From the NCBI GenBank assembly GCA_934090935.1, contig CAKOKD010000001.1, positions 290,571 through 354,570 of the forward strand: a DNA stretch of 64,000 nucleotides, given 5' to 3'. The DNA is from an uncultured Bacilli bacterium. GTDB taxonomy: Bacteria > Bacillota_I > Bacilli_A > RF39 > UBA660. Under the pieces are notes generated by a model. The model saw nothing but the letters and a program-made list of their open reading frames with translations. It ran no database searches and was not told where the DNA came from. The position numbers and the translations under genes were made by a program. This document shows, in pieces, positions 9,126 to 18,939 of this stretch (positions are counted from its first letter, which is position 1; the number at the start of each line of letters is the position of its first letter).

Positions 9126-9206
9126 TTTAATTTGCAAAAAGTTGTATAAAATAATTTGCAAAATTAAAAAAATTTTTTTCAAAGTAGTAATTTTCAACAA
9201 AAGAAA

Positions 9207-9240
9207 TTGACAATCGGGGGGGGTATTATAAAATAAAAAT
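9207..9240 (+). promoter_or_regulatory. family promoter with a G8 homopolymer in the spacer (TTGACA-atc-G8-TATTATAAAATA)
   Basis: G-run at 9216-9223 between a -35-like TTGACA (9207-9212) and an A/T-rich -10 region. Same architecture at 14547, 34011 and 56354. Confidence 0.6.
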
Positions 9241-9257
9241 AGATGAGGTGTGTTTAA

Positions 9258-10019
9258 ATGAAGAAAAGTGCAATAATAGTTGTAATTGTTTTTATGATGA
9301 TTGGATTTGCAGCAGTAAGTACGTCATTAATAATAAATAGTAATATAAAAGTATCAAAGAATGAAACGGACTTTGATGTATATTTTTCAAAGGCAAGATT
9401 GGATACAAAAGATGTATATGAAAGTGTAATAAGTCAAGATAAAAAGACAATAATATTTAATACAAATAATTTAAGTAAAGTAGGAGATAAACAGTACTAA
9501 CATATGAAGTAACAAATAATTCAAACAACAAGGAACTTCATTAAAACAAAATGGTACATATACAAGAATGTATGATACTGAGATTGGATATTTAGCAAGT
9601 ACATCAAGAAATATAAGTGGAATATATGATATGTCCGGTGGAGCACATGAATATATGTCAGTATATACCTTAGATAACTCTGATAATAGTGGAATAACTT
9701 TTACAAATTATGGCTCAAAGTATTATGATGTTTATAATGAATCGAGTATGACAACCAGTTACCAATGTAGAATATTAGGAGATGCAACGGAGAAATGGGG
9801 CCATTTACAACTTTGAAATCAATTGAAAGCAATAGCAGTATAAAAAGATATGTATCAAGTCGGTTTGCATCCTATGCATATTTTGTTTCCTCTTCAAGTC
9901 CATTTTTTGCACGCGGTGGTGATTATGGGCATGGTATATTTGCTGGGCAACTTTATTTTGGTGGTGCTTCTGGAGAAGCATATAGCTATGTTGGTTTTCG
10001 TCTAGTTTTAACACCTTAA
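9258..10019 (+). pseudogene. chimeric, frameshifted family pseudogene D (N-module of the 56406 type fused to the C-terminal region of the 57608 type)
   Basis: 9258-9500 encodes MKKSAIIVVIVFMMIGFAAVSTSLIIN... then stops. TYEVTNNSNN follows out of frame. 9568-10019 in two frames matches the C-terminus of the 57608 protein (TENISGVYDMSGG.HEY...YQ.RILGDAT...GFRLVLTP). Confidence 0.8.
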
Positions 10020-10030
10020 TAAAGGATGTT

Positions 10031-10061
10031 TCAATAGAAAAGAGTGAATAACTCTTTTTTT
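10031..10061 (+). repeat. 31-bp exact direct duplicate of the ileS 3' end and terminator (7272-7302)
   Basis: TCAATAGAAAAGAGTGAATAACTCTTTTTTT occurs at 7272-7302 and again at 10031-10061, bracketing R1 + gene A + pseudogene D. Confidence 0.85.
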
Positions 10062-10105
10062 CATGTATAAATGATGCTATAATAATAATAGAATAGAGGG
10101 TAATT

Positions 10106-10633
10106 ATGAAGTATGATGATTTAGTTAATATTTTATATCAAGATAATCTTAACTGGGTTTATTCAGTTATTACAACTCTAGATAAAGAAAAAATTGATAA
10201 AAAGGAAAAGTATATAAGTGATCCTTATCAATTTAATAATTTTTTAGTTCTAGGTTTCTATTTTATGAATTTATATATTATCAGTAATTTAAAGGAATAT
10301 AAATTCTATGATGCAACAAAACTTTTAACGACTGTTGTTTTTTCTGCAAGTACACATAATAAAGAAAAATTGATGGGAGTTTATAAAAAGGAAATCGATC
10401 TAAAAAGAATTGTTGAGCAATATAATTCGCTGGTAAGAAAAACGAAGGAGTTTGCGCCTACAGATGGATTAAAAGCAAGAATTGTTGCTATAGATGAGAT
10501 TTATAGAAGAATGTATGATGTGTTTAATAAAAGACATTTTGATGATTTCATCAGGGTTGTTATGTCGTCATTCCCTGAATATGAAAAAAAGATAGATCAA
10601 AGTTTAAAAGATTATGCAAAAAGAACAGTATAG
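10106..10633 (+). CDS. hypothetical protein
   Basis: ORF with AGAGGGTAATTATG start region; no recognised motifs. Confidence 0.45.
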   Translation: MKYDDLVNILYQDNLNWVYSVITTLDKEKIDKKEKYISDPYQFNNFLVLGFYFMNLYIISNLKEYKFYDATKLLTTVVFSASTHNKEKLMGVYKKEIDLKRIVEQYNSLVRKTKEFAPTDGLKARIVAIDEIYRRMYDVFNKRHFDDFIRVVMSSFPEYEKKIDQSLKDYAKRTV

Positions 10634-10645
10634 GAGGAGTTAGTC

Positions 10646-11101
10646 TTGGTAAATGATGAAAAAATAAAACAAGTGATAAGCGCCATTAAAGAAAATGGTT
10701 TAAAATCATTTAATGATGAATCGCTTGCTAAATTATTATCGATATTTACTGCTGAAGAATTTGATGAATTTCTAGAAAAGTCCTATTCTGAACTTGGTGG
10801 AGTAAGTGCAGTTGTTAGAATTAATTCAATTAGACCTTATGTTAGTTTCTTGGTAAATAAAGAACTCAATAAGATTTACAATTCGGATATATATAAGTTG
10901 TTTTTAGAATCATTAAAAAGAGGAGAATATTATGCTTATTTCAAGTCTTTAACAATAGAGGAATTAGCTAGTTTAAAAAAATATTTAACATATAATTATT
11001 CAAGCAGTGAGGAGTTAGCTAAAAGTGCAACAAAAAAAGTAATTAGTATGATTACTAAAGAGATAAGATTAAGAGAACAAAACAAAAACTTGGTTTTTTA
11101 A
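10646..11101 (+). CDS. hypothetical protein
   Basis: GGAGGAG RBS upstream; no recognised motifs. Confidence 0.45.
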   Translation: MVNDEKIKQVISAIKENGLKSFNDESLAKLLSIFTAEEFDEFLEKSYSELGGVSAVVRINSIRPYVSFLVNKELNKIYNSDIYKLFLESLKRGEYYAYFKSLTIEELASLKKYLTYNYSSSEELAKSATKKVISMITKEIRLREQNKNLVF

Positions 11102-11110
11102 CCAAGTTTT
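11082..11110. terminator. bidirectional intrinsic terminator between the 10646 ORF and rpsD
   Basis: AACTTGGTT-TTTT-AACCAAGTT hairpin with A-run upstream and T-run downstream. Confidence 0.6.
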
Positions 11111-11118
11111 ATTTTTTT

Positions 11119-11721
11119 CTATCTATTGTAGAACTCAACTACTAATGATTCATTGATATCAGCTGATAATTCAGTTCTTTCAGGATATCTAAGATAAGTT
11201 CCTGTAAGTTTTTTATTATCGAATTCAACATATGCAGGTGTTTTTACACCAGCTTCTAAAGAAGCTTTGATTGCTGGATGTTCAAGTGAATTTTCTTTAA
11301 CACTTATAACATCACCAGGTTTACAAGAATATGAAGGAATATCAACTTTTGAACCATTAACTAGGATATGTCCATGATTTACAAGTTGTCTTGCACCACG
11401 TCTAGTAGTTGAAAGACCCATTCTATATACTAGGTTATCTAATCTAGATTCTAGTAATTTTAAGAAGTTTTCACCATGAACACCTTTCAACTTAGCAGCT
11501 CTATCAAATAGTCTTCTAAATTGTTTTTCATTTAATCCATACATAAATCTGATTTTTTGTTTTTCTTGTAATTGGATACCATATTCACTAATCTTTTTTC
11601 TTCTTCCTGCACCATGTTGTCCTGGAGCATAAGGTCTCTTAGCTAAATCTTTTCCATTTTCTAATGTAGAAAAACCATATCTTCTAGATTTTTTGTATGC
11701 TGGACCAGTATATCTTGCCAT
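11119..11721 (-). CDS. rpsD: 30S ribosomal protein S4
   Basis: [18 protein letters not shown]...[15 protein letters not shown]; 200 aa. Confidence 0.95.
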   Translation of the reverse strand: MARYTGPAYKKSRRYGFSTLENGKDLAKRPYAPGQHGAGRRKKISEYGIQLQEKQKIRFMYGLNEKQFRRLFDRAAKLKGVHGENFLKLLESRLDNLVYRMGLSTTRRGARQLVNHGHILVNGSKVDIPSYSCKPGDVISVKENSLEHPAIKASLEAGVKTPAYVEFDNKKLTGTYLRYPERTELSADINESLVVEFYNR

Positions 11722-11970
11722 AAATTTTCTCCTTTCTTATATTTACTATAGTAAAGGACTATTTAACATACTTAGTAGGGAGTTTAACTTTCTTTCCCTT
11801 AGGCAGTTTAAGTTACTAGATTTTTATTCTTAAACACATTACTAATTTTGTTAAATGACTGCCAATCACTACGCATTAGTAATATACACTAAATATATGC
11901 AAAAGTCAATTAAATTAGACTTTTTTTTGAGCAATTATTATGTTAAAATTGTTTATAGAATAGGGTATGG

Positions 11971-14388
11971 GTGATGAGTGTGAGCGATTTAAAAGAACAC
12001 TTTAAAATGAACTATGATATACTTCCAAATATCTCAAACATAGTCAAAGGAAATAAATATCGTATAACAGTGCTTTCAGAAATACTAGTTCGTCTTGAAT
12101 ATTCGGAAACAGGTAAGTTTGAAGATCGTCCAACTGAACTTGCAATAAATAGAAAATTTAATCCAGTGAAGTTTGAAAAACATGAGGATAATAAATATTT
12201 GACAATCAAAACTAAATATTTCACTTTAACGTATCAAAAGGAAATGCCTTTTTATGGTTCAAAAGTTAGTCCAGATCAATATATGAGAGTTAATTTAAAT
12301 GATACTGATAAGTTTTGGTATCCACTTCATCCTGAAGTTAGAAACTTCTTGGGTACGGCTTATTCTCTTGATGGAGCAAATGGGCATGCAAAACTTAATA
12401 AGGGCCTTTATTCGACAGATGGTTTTGTTTCTTTAGATGACTCTGAAAGTTTAATTTTTAATGAGGATGGTTCTTTAGGTCGTAGAACGGATAAAAGAGT
12501 TGATATATATCTTTTTATGTATAAGCGTGATTTTGGAGCTTGCTTAAAGGATTATTTTACTTTAACGGGATATCCTCCGTTAATTCCAAGATATGCTTTA
12601 GGTGTTTGGTGGAATAGAAATACTGCTTATAATTCAAAAGATTTAGAAAAATTGGTGTTTGATTTTAATAAATATCGTGTTCCACTTTCAATAATTATGC
12701 TTTCTGATAAATGGCATAGAAAAAATGAAGGATTAGTATCAGGTTTTACTTTTGATGAGAAATTGTTTAAAAGGCCTAAAAGAATGGCCGATTATTTACA
12801 TAATAAGAATGTAAGGCTTGCTGTTAAAGTGAATCCGGTTTTGGGAATAAGTGATAAAGAGGATTATTTTATACCATATAGAAACGGAGCTAATTTAGGG
12901 GATAAAAGTGGAATAGTTCCATTTAATGTCTTTAATAAAGATGAATTGAACTCTTATTTTGATAATTTAATTCATCCACTTATGAATTATGGTGTTGATT
13001 TTTTCTGTGTAGATTATAATAATTCAAAAGATTTAACTACTTTAAGAGCATTGACTCATTATCATTTTGATGATTTTAAGCAGCTTACAAATAGAAGAGG
13101 TATTGTTCTTGCAAGAGATGGTCTTTTAGCCGCGCATAGATATCCAATTCATTATACAGGAGAGATGCTTGTATCTTGGAAAAATTTAGAGATGCTTCCA
13201 TCTTTTAATAGCACAGCATCAAATATTGGACTTTCATGGATTTCAAACGATATTGGTGGTTATACTGGGGGAATTGAAGAAGGAGAACTTTATTCAAGGT
13301 TTGTTCAATTTGGATGTTTTTCTCCAATTCTTCGTCTTTCATGTGATGAAAGTAGATATTTTAAAAGAGAACCATGGGCTTGGGATACTAAAACTCAATC
13401 AGTGGTTATCAAGTATTTAAGACTAAGGCATTCATTAATTCCATATCTTTATAGTGAAGCTTATAGATATTCAAGAATAGGTCTTCCGCTTGTTCAACCA
13501 ATTTATTATAGATATCCGGAAATATATGATGAACCTTTATATAGAAATGAATACTACTTTGGAACCAATTTGTTTGTTGCGCCAATTACAAGCAAAAAGG
13601 ATGTTTTGATGGATAGATCCGTGTTAAAACTTTTTTTACCTGATGGAATTTGGTATGATTTTACAAATGGTAAAAGATATGTTGGCGGAAAACGTTATAC
13701 AACATTTTATAAAGAAGAAGATTATCCGGTGTTCGCGAAAGCAGGAACTATTATACCAATGGATATATTAAATGATAATGATCTTAATAATACTAATCCA
13801 TCTAAATATATGGAAATTCAAGTATTTCCAGGAGCATCAAGTACGTATGAGATGTATGAAGATGATGGAAATTCATCTCTTTATGAACAAGGATTTTATC
13901 TTTTAACGAGCATAGATTACACTTATCAAGCAAACAATTTCACGGTTATAATTAGACCTGTAGCTGGAAAAAGTGGAATAATTCCAGAGATGCGTTCGTA
14001 TAGAATAAGATTTAGAAATACAAGAGAAGCTGATGAAGTACAAGTGCATTCTGGTGAAGAGATAGTTAAAATGGTTAATTCATATATAGATGATTCAGAT
14101 TTTGTTGTTGAGCTTCCACCTTTATCTACATTGAAACAGATAACAATTAATTGTAAGGGAAGAGATATTGAAATTGATGCTTTAAGACTTATTAATGATG
14201 ATATTGATTCCATACTTAATGATTTACCAATTGAGACTAAAACAAAGGATAAACTAGGAGAAATCTTGTTAAGTGATATGGATATAAAACAAAAAAGAAT
14301 AAAAATACGTAAATTAAGAAAAGAAAAATTAAATCAAAAATATATCAATCTTTTCTTAAAGTTACTGGAATATATAGCTGAAGTGTAA
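11971..14388 (+). CDS. glycoside hydrolase family 31 (alpha-glucosidase or alpha-xylosidase type)
   Basis: GH31 hallmarks: WWNRNTAY, KVNPV, FFCVDYNN, WISNDIGGYTGG; 805 aa, no signal peptide. Confidence 0.8.
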   Translation: MMSVSDLKEHFKMNYDILPNISNIVKGNKYRITVLSEILVRLEYSETGKFEDRPTELAINRKFNPVKFEKHEDNKYLTIKTKYFTLTYQKEMPFYGSKVSPDQYMRVNLNDTDKFWYPLHPEVRNFLGTAYSLDGANGHAKLNKGLYSTDGFVSLDDSESLIFNEDGSLGRRTDKRVDIYLFMYKRDFGACLKDYFTLTGYPPLIPRYALGVWWNRNTAYNSKDLEKLVFDFNKYRVPLSIIMLSDKWHRKNEGLVSGFTFDEKLFKRPKRMADYLHNKNVRLAVKVNPVLGISDKEDYFIPYRNGANLGDKSGIVPFNVFNKDELNSYFDNLIHPLMNYGVDFFCVDYNNSKDLTTLRALTHYHFDDFKQLTNRRGIVLARDGLLAAHRYPIHYTGEMLVSWKNLEMLPSFNSTASNIGLSWISNDIGGYTGGIEEGELYSRFVQFGCFSPILRLSCDESRYFKREPWAWDTKTQSVVIKYLRLRHSLIPYLYSEAYRYSRIGLPLVQPIYYRYPEIYDEPLYRNEYYFGTNLFVAPITSKKDVLMDRSVLKLFLPDGIWYDFTNGKRYVGGKRYTTFYKEEDYPVFAKAGTIIPMDILNDNDLNNTNPSKYMEIQVFPGASSTYEMYEDDGNSSLYEQGFYLLTSIDYTYQANNFTVIIRPVAGKSGIIPEMRSYRIRFRNTREADEVQVHSGEEIVKMVNSYIDDSDFVVELPPLSTLKQITINCKGRDIEIDALRLINDDIDSILNDLPIETKTKDKLGEILLSDMDIKQKRIKIRKLRKEKLNQKYINLFLKLLEYIAEV

Positions 14389-14390
14389 GA

Positions 14391-14422
14391 AACATGTATG
14401 AATTTACATGTTTTTTTTTGGT
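14391..14422 (+). terminator. intrinsic terminator after the GH31 gene
   Basis: AACATGTATGAATTTACATGTT hairpin plus T9. Confidence 0.65.
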
Positions 14423-14546
14423 TTTAAATTTATTGAATAAGAATACTAAATAAACTCAAGTAGCAAGCATAAGTTAAAAAATATTTTGTTTCTCTTGATA
14501 AACCAAAATATAAAATGCAAAAAAAGTGTAAACAAGGAAGTTTTGC

Positions 14547-14582
14547 TTGAAAATCGGGGGGGGGTATTATAAAATAAAAAAG
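14547..14582 (+). promoter_or_regulatory. family promoter with a G9 homopolymer (TTGAAA-atc-G9-TATTATAAAATA)
   Basis: G-run at 14556-14564. Confidence 0.6.
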
Positions 14583-14602
14583 TAAAGGAAAGTAGGTATA
14601 AT

Positions 14603-16114
14603 ATGAAAAAGAAGAGTATGCTTATAGTAGCAATTATATTAATGTCAATTGGATTTGCTAGCATTTCAACGACATTAATAATAAACGGGAATGCAAACGT
14701 AAGTGAAAATCAAGATGACTTTTCAGTTATCTTTACAGCTGCAACATTAGATGGAAAGGATGTATATTCATCAGTAGTAGATGATACAAAGAAGATAATA
14801 ACATTTGAAACATCAGAATTAAAAACATTAAATCAAACATCAGTATTAAATTATGAAGTAACAAATAATTCAAGCAACTATGATGCAAATGTAAATGTAA
14901 CATGTGTACCAAAGGAAGGAACAATAGCAAAATATACAAGCATCAAAAATAAATTAGAAAACGAAGCAACAGTTGTAAAAGCAAAAAGTTCAGTAAATGG
15001 AACATTAACAGTAACACTAGATAAGGTAGCAACTGAAGCAGTTACAGAAGAATATACATGTAAGTTAGAATTTAATGCAGTCGAAAGAACTGAAATTGCA
15101 GTAGGAACAACTAATTTATATAATTTAATAAAAAATAATGCTGATACTAAAACCGTAATAGATTATAAGGTACGTTCAGGAGTAAGTGGAACAAATGGAA
15201 TATATACAACAACTGCTACTGAAGGTAATGTACCAGTATATTATTATAGAGGAGCAGCTGATAAAGTAAATAATAATATAATATTTAATAATATGTGTTG
15301 GAAGATAATAAGAACAACTGAAAACAATGGAGTAAAACTAATATATAACGGAACACCAACAGATGGCAAATGTGAAACTCAAACAGGAGAAGCAACTCAA
15401 ATAGGAACAAGTGCATTTAATACAAATTATACCGATAATGCATATGTTGGCTATATGTATGGAACAGCAGGAAGCAACACCTATGCAGCAACTCATGCAA
15501 ATACAAATGACTCAACAATAAAAACATATATAGATAATTGGTATAAAGCTAATTTTGATGAAATAACAACATCAAAATTGGAAGATACAGTATTCTGTAA
15601 TGATAGAAGTACAAAAGCATATGATGCAAAGACAATTGGAGAAACTTCCTTTTCATCCTTTGGTTCATTAGGATATGGGAAAAGTGCATCATTGTATGGA
15701 GCAGCACATCGAGCATCATATTGGTCGAACAATCCAAATCCAAGTTTAGTGTGTCAAAATCAAAATGATAAATTTACCGTAGATAGTAAAAATGGAAACG
15801 GAAAACTAACATATCCAGTTGGATTAATAACATTAGATGAGGTAGTGCTTGCAGGATTTAATACAAAATATTCCAATACAGGTGATTATGATGATGTAAC
15901 AAATTACTTATATACAAATAGCATTTATTGGACATTCTCCCCTGTGATGCTGGATGCTCGTGGTTATGCTTGTGTTGGTTATGTCTATAGTGCTGGCTAT
16001 GTGCACTATGACTATGTGGGCGGTGCTCGTGGGGTCCGTCCAGTAGTTTCGCTTATCAGTGGCACACTTGTAACTGGTTCTGGTACAACAACTAACCCAT
16101 ATGTGGTTGAATAA
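14603..16114 (+). CDS. secreted family member B: conserved N-module plus longer lectin-like C-terminal domain
   Basis: MKKKSMLIVAIILMSIGFASISTTLIINGNANVSEN...VTCVPK...YTCKLEFNAVER. C-terminus ...WKIIRTTENNGVKLIYNG...LITLDEVVLAG...YWTFSPV...GVRPVVSLISG...GTTTNPYVVE. Confidence 0.85.
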   Translation: MKKKSMLIVAIILMSIGFASISTTLIINGNANVSENQDDFSVIFTAATLDGKDVYSSVVDDTKKIITFETSELKTLNQTSVLNYEVTNNSSNYDANVNVTCVPKEGTIAKYTSIKNKLENEATVVKAKSSVNGTLTVTLDKVATEAVTEEYTCKLEFNAVERTEIAVGTTNLYNLIKNNADTKTVIDYKVRSGVSGTNGIYTTTATEGNVPVYYYRGAADKVNNNIIFNNMCWKIIRTTENNGVKLIYNGTPTDGKCETQTGEATQIGTSAFNTNYTDNAYVGYMYGTAGSNTYAATHANTNDSTIKTYIDNWYKANFDEITTSKLEDTVFCNDRSTKAYDAKTIGETSFSSFGSLGYGKSASLYGAAHRASYWSNNPNPSLVCQNQNDKFTVDSKNGNGKLTYPVGLITLDEVVLAGFNTKYSNTGDYDDVTNYLYTNSIYWTFSPVMLDARGYACVGYVYSAGYVHYDYVGGARGVRPVVSLISGTLVTGSGTTTNPYVVE

Positions 16115-16247
16115 AAATCAATAATTCTAAGATAACTTTGGTTATCTTTTTTTATGTTTCATAAATCTAATGTGAATATAAATCACTACTAAAAAGGAGA
16201 TAATGTATGATATGTTTTAACTGTAAAAATATGTAGTTGGAGGAAAT

Positions 16248-16901
16248 ATGAAAAGTGCAGTTAAAGTGGTTAATTTAAATAAAAATTATTATGTGCATAA
16301 AAATACAATTAGTGTATTTAAAAACTTAAATTTAAATTTTTATTATGGAAAGATGTATGGAATTATAGGACATTCTGGTTGTGGAAAGTCGACTTTAATA
16401 AAAATCATTGGGTTATTGGAAAACTATGATTCTGGAAATATTTTCATTAATAATCAGGATATAAGTAAAACAAGTTTGATTGATCAAGCAAAATTAAGAA
16501 ATGAAAAAATAGGATTTGTATTTCAAGATTATTTATTGGATGATTATTTAAATGTTTACGATAATATTTTACTTCCAACGTTGTTAAATAAAAAAGATAA
16601 TAAAAACAATATTATTGATTTGGCTAAAACATATGGAATTGAAAATAGATTAAAACATTTTCCAAAAGAATTATCTGGAGGAGAGCAAGCACGCGTTGCT
16701 CTTATTAGAGCTATAATTAATGATCCTGATATTATATTGGCTGATGAACCAACTGGAAATTTGGATGGAAAAAATGAAGTTCTTGTTTTAAATAATCTAA
16801 AAAAAATTGCTAGAAATGGAAAATGTGTTATTGTTGTAAGTCACTCTAAAGATATAGAAAAATATGTTGATGAAATAATTGATTTGGAAGGAGAACTTTA
16901 A
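16248..16901 (+). CDS. ABC transporter ATP-binding protein (MacB/FtsE-like)
   Basis: Walker A GHSGCGKST, signature LSGGEQARV, Walker B ILADEPT. Confidence 0.85.
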   Translation: MKSAVKVVNLNKNYYVHKNTISVFKNLNLNFYYGKMYGIIGHSGCGKSTLIKIIGLLENYDSGNIFINNQDISKTSLIDQAKLRNEKIGFVFQDYLLDDYLNVYDNILLPTLLNKKDNKNNIIDLAKTYGIENRLKHFPKELSGGEQARVALIRAIINDPDIILADEPTGNLDGKNEVLVLNNLKKIARNGKCVIVVSHSKDIEKYVDEIIDLEGEL

Positions 16902-18069
16902 GATGTATTTTGATTATGTAAGAAAACATATATTAAATTGGAAAAATTTTATCTTATTTCTAATCTTTCTATTTACCAATTTAGCAATTTTATTATCAAT
17001 AAGTGTTGGATATACATTTGTTTTGTTAAAACAATCATATTTTTATAAATATAGCGGATTTAGAACTATCATTGTTGATTCTAATGATATTAATAATTTG
17101 AAAAAAATAGATCATGTACTTGCTGTAGAAGATGCAAAGTATAGAAATCCTCTAACTTTTTCTTCTAAAGACTTCGATTCAGATTTAAAAGTTGAAATTT
17201 TAATTAATGCTTTGATATCTAAAGAAGATTTAAAAATAAAAAGAGGTAAGATGATAAAAAATGCTAATGAAGCTATATGTTCAGATACTTTTTTTCCATA
17301 TGAAATAGAAGTAAGAAACGGAAAAACTATTTTTAATAAAAGTAGAATCATAAGTGGTAAATCGATATTAAATAAGAGCTTTAGTATATATGAAAATGAT
17401 GAAAAAATAGCAACATATGATATAGTTGGTACTTTTGATACTAAAAAAACGATGAACGCTTTGAATTCTTGTTATATATTAAAAGACGATTTCGAAAAAA
17501 TTATTCAAGATGAAAGTGACTTAGAACAATCTACTTCAAATAGTAATGAAAGTGGTTCTATGCTATTAGTTGATAAATATGAAAATGTAGAAAACGTTTT
17601 AAAGGAACTAAAAAAAAGAAATGATTCTTATTATGTTGTATCAGAACTAAATGAAGGATATATTAAAATTCTTACTTATTTTCCTATATTTGCTTCAATA
17701 ATAATCTCTCTTTTATTTATGATAGTTTTGGAATCATTTTTGTCAAAAAAAATAAAATATAGATCAAAGTGTAATGCAATTTTAAAGTCTATTGGATTTG
17801 AAAATAGAAAAATTGAAAATATAAATATTTTAGAAAACGTTATATTATTTTTTATTTCATTTGTTATTTCAATTATTTTATACTTAATTTTATTCTTTTA
17901 TATAAAAAATGTTTTGCTTGCGGAATATATTTATGATGGAACTTTTATACCTTTTTCAATTATTCCAATCATTCTTTCTTTTATTTTAGAAGTTATTATA
18001 ATTCTTTTGGTAAACAAAAGAGTATTACGTTTTAAATTAAATAAAAGTGTAGAGGAAATTCTTTTATGA
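16879..18069 (+). CDS. ABC transporter permease, FtsX-like
   Basis: N-terminal TM, large extracytoplasmic loop, C-terminal TM bundle; translationally coupled to the ATPase gene. Confidence 0.6.
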   Translation: MIWKENFKMYFDYVRKHILNWKNFILFLIFLFTNLAILLSISVGYTFVLLKQSYFYKYSGFRTIIVDSNDINNLKKIDHVLAVEDAKYRNPLTFSSKDFDSDLKVEILINALISKEDLKIKRGKMIKNANEAICSDTFFPYEIEVRNGKTIFNKSRIISGKSILNKSFSIYENDEKIATYDIVGTFDTKKTMNALNSCYILKDDFEKIIQDESDLEQSTSNSNESGSMLLVDKYENVENVLKELKKRNDSYYVVSELNEGYIKILTYFPIFASIIISLLFMIVLESFLSKKIKYRSKCNAILKSIGFENRKIENINILENVILFFISFVISIILYLILFFYIKNVLLAEYIYDGTFIPFSIIPIILSFILEVIIILLVNKRVLRFKLNKSVEEILL

Positions 18070-18902
18070 AATATTTAATATTTTTTAAAGAAACTTTTAA
18101 TAAAAAATCTACTAGAAATTATTTCTTTATAATACTTTCTCTTCTTATAGTTATTGATGTTTCATTTATTTTTTATAAATACAGCGGTAAGATTCTAAAT
18201 GATAATTATAAAAATTCGTACTTCTTGTTAGAACTTAATACAAAAAATAAAATAAATCTTATAAAAAATTATAGTAATATTGAAGTTTATCAAAAATGTA
18301 TTTTTAATGAAAATGAGATTATTGTTGAAGATAAGTCTAGTAAATATTTTCCTAAAAGTGTGAAACAAGTTAATAAATCAGAATTTGCAAAATATAAGTT
18401 TGATAATAGATATTTCATTACATTAAAGAAATGGATAGATTATAATGATTTTTGCGACTTATTGATTAAAAACGAGATTGATTATGATTTTTATATAGTA
18501 AAGAAAAATGAGTTGAATTTTGAAAATTATTATCAATATTTCATTTATGTTTTGTTTATTGTATGTTTTATATGTTTATTAGTTTTTGTTATTAGTATCA
18601 TCAATATTTTAATTGATGAAAAAGAATTTTGCAAAATTTTATATATGGTGGGATATAACTATTATTTGATTAATTTTATGACAGTTATAAAAATATTTGT
18701 GTTTATGTTATGGTTAGTTTTGATAAATTTTTTATTTCAATTAACTTTAGGTTATTTTTTAAAGTTTTTTGATTATTCAATGATGCTTACAAACATAGCT
18801 ATCTTAATTTTATCAATTATAATAGCAATGTTTTGGATAGTAGGAAGGAGTATTAAAAAGAAAGGTGCTTTTATAATCAATATTGCAGTAAATCATGTAT
18901 AA
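18066..18902 (+). CDS. second membrane permease subunit (FtsX-like topology)
   Basis: Overlapping start; N-terminal TM, loop, C-terminal TMs. Confidence 0.5.
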   Translation: MKYLIFFKETFNKKSTRNYFFIILSLLIVIDVSFIFYKYSGKILNDNYKNSYFLLELNTKNKINLIKNYSNIEVYQKCIFNENEIIVEDKSSKYFPKSVKQVNKSEFAKYKFDNRYFITLKKWIDYNDFCDLLIKNEIDYDFYIVKKNELNFENYYQYFIYVLFIVCFICLLVFVISIINILIDEKEFCKILYMVGYNYYLINFMTVIKIFVFMLWLVLINFLFQLTLGYFLKFFDYSMMLTNIAILILSIIIAMFWIVGRSIKKKGAFIINIAVNHV

Positions 18903-18939
18903 TAATATTAAATCAATTTATTTTTTAGGTGGTGACTAA

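Noticed and set aside
9568-10019. Treating 9568-9816 and 9795-10019 as two separate small genes
   Set aside because: Both are out-of-frame pieces of one decayed copy of the gene-E C-terminus (see pseudogene D)
11722-11960. Possible S4 autoregulatory leader upstream of rpsD (minus strand)
   Set aside because: Expected from B. subtilis biology, but I could not identify a convincing conserved structure by eye, so it is not listed as a feature
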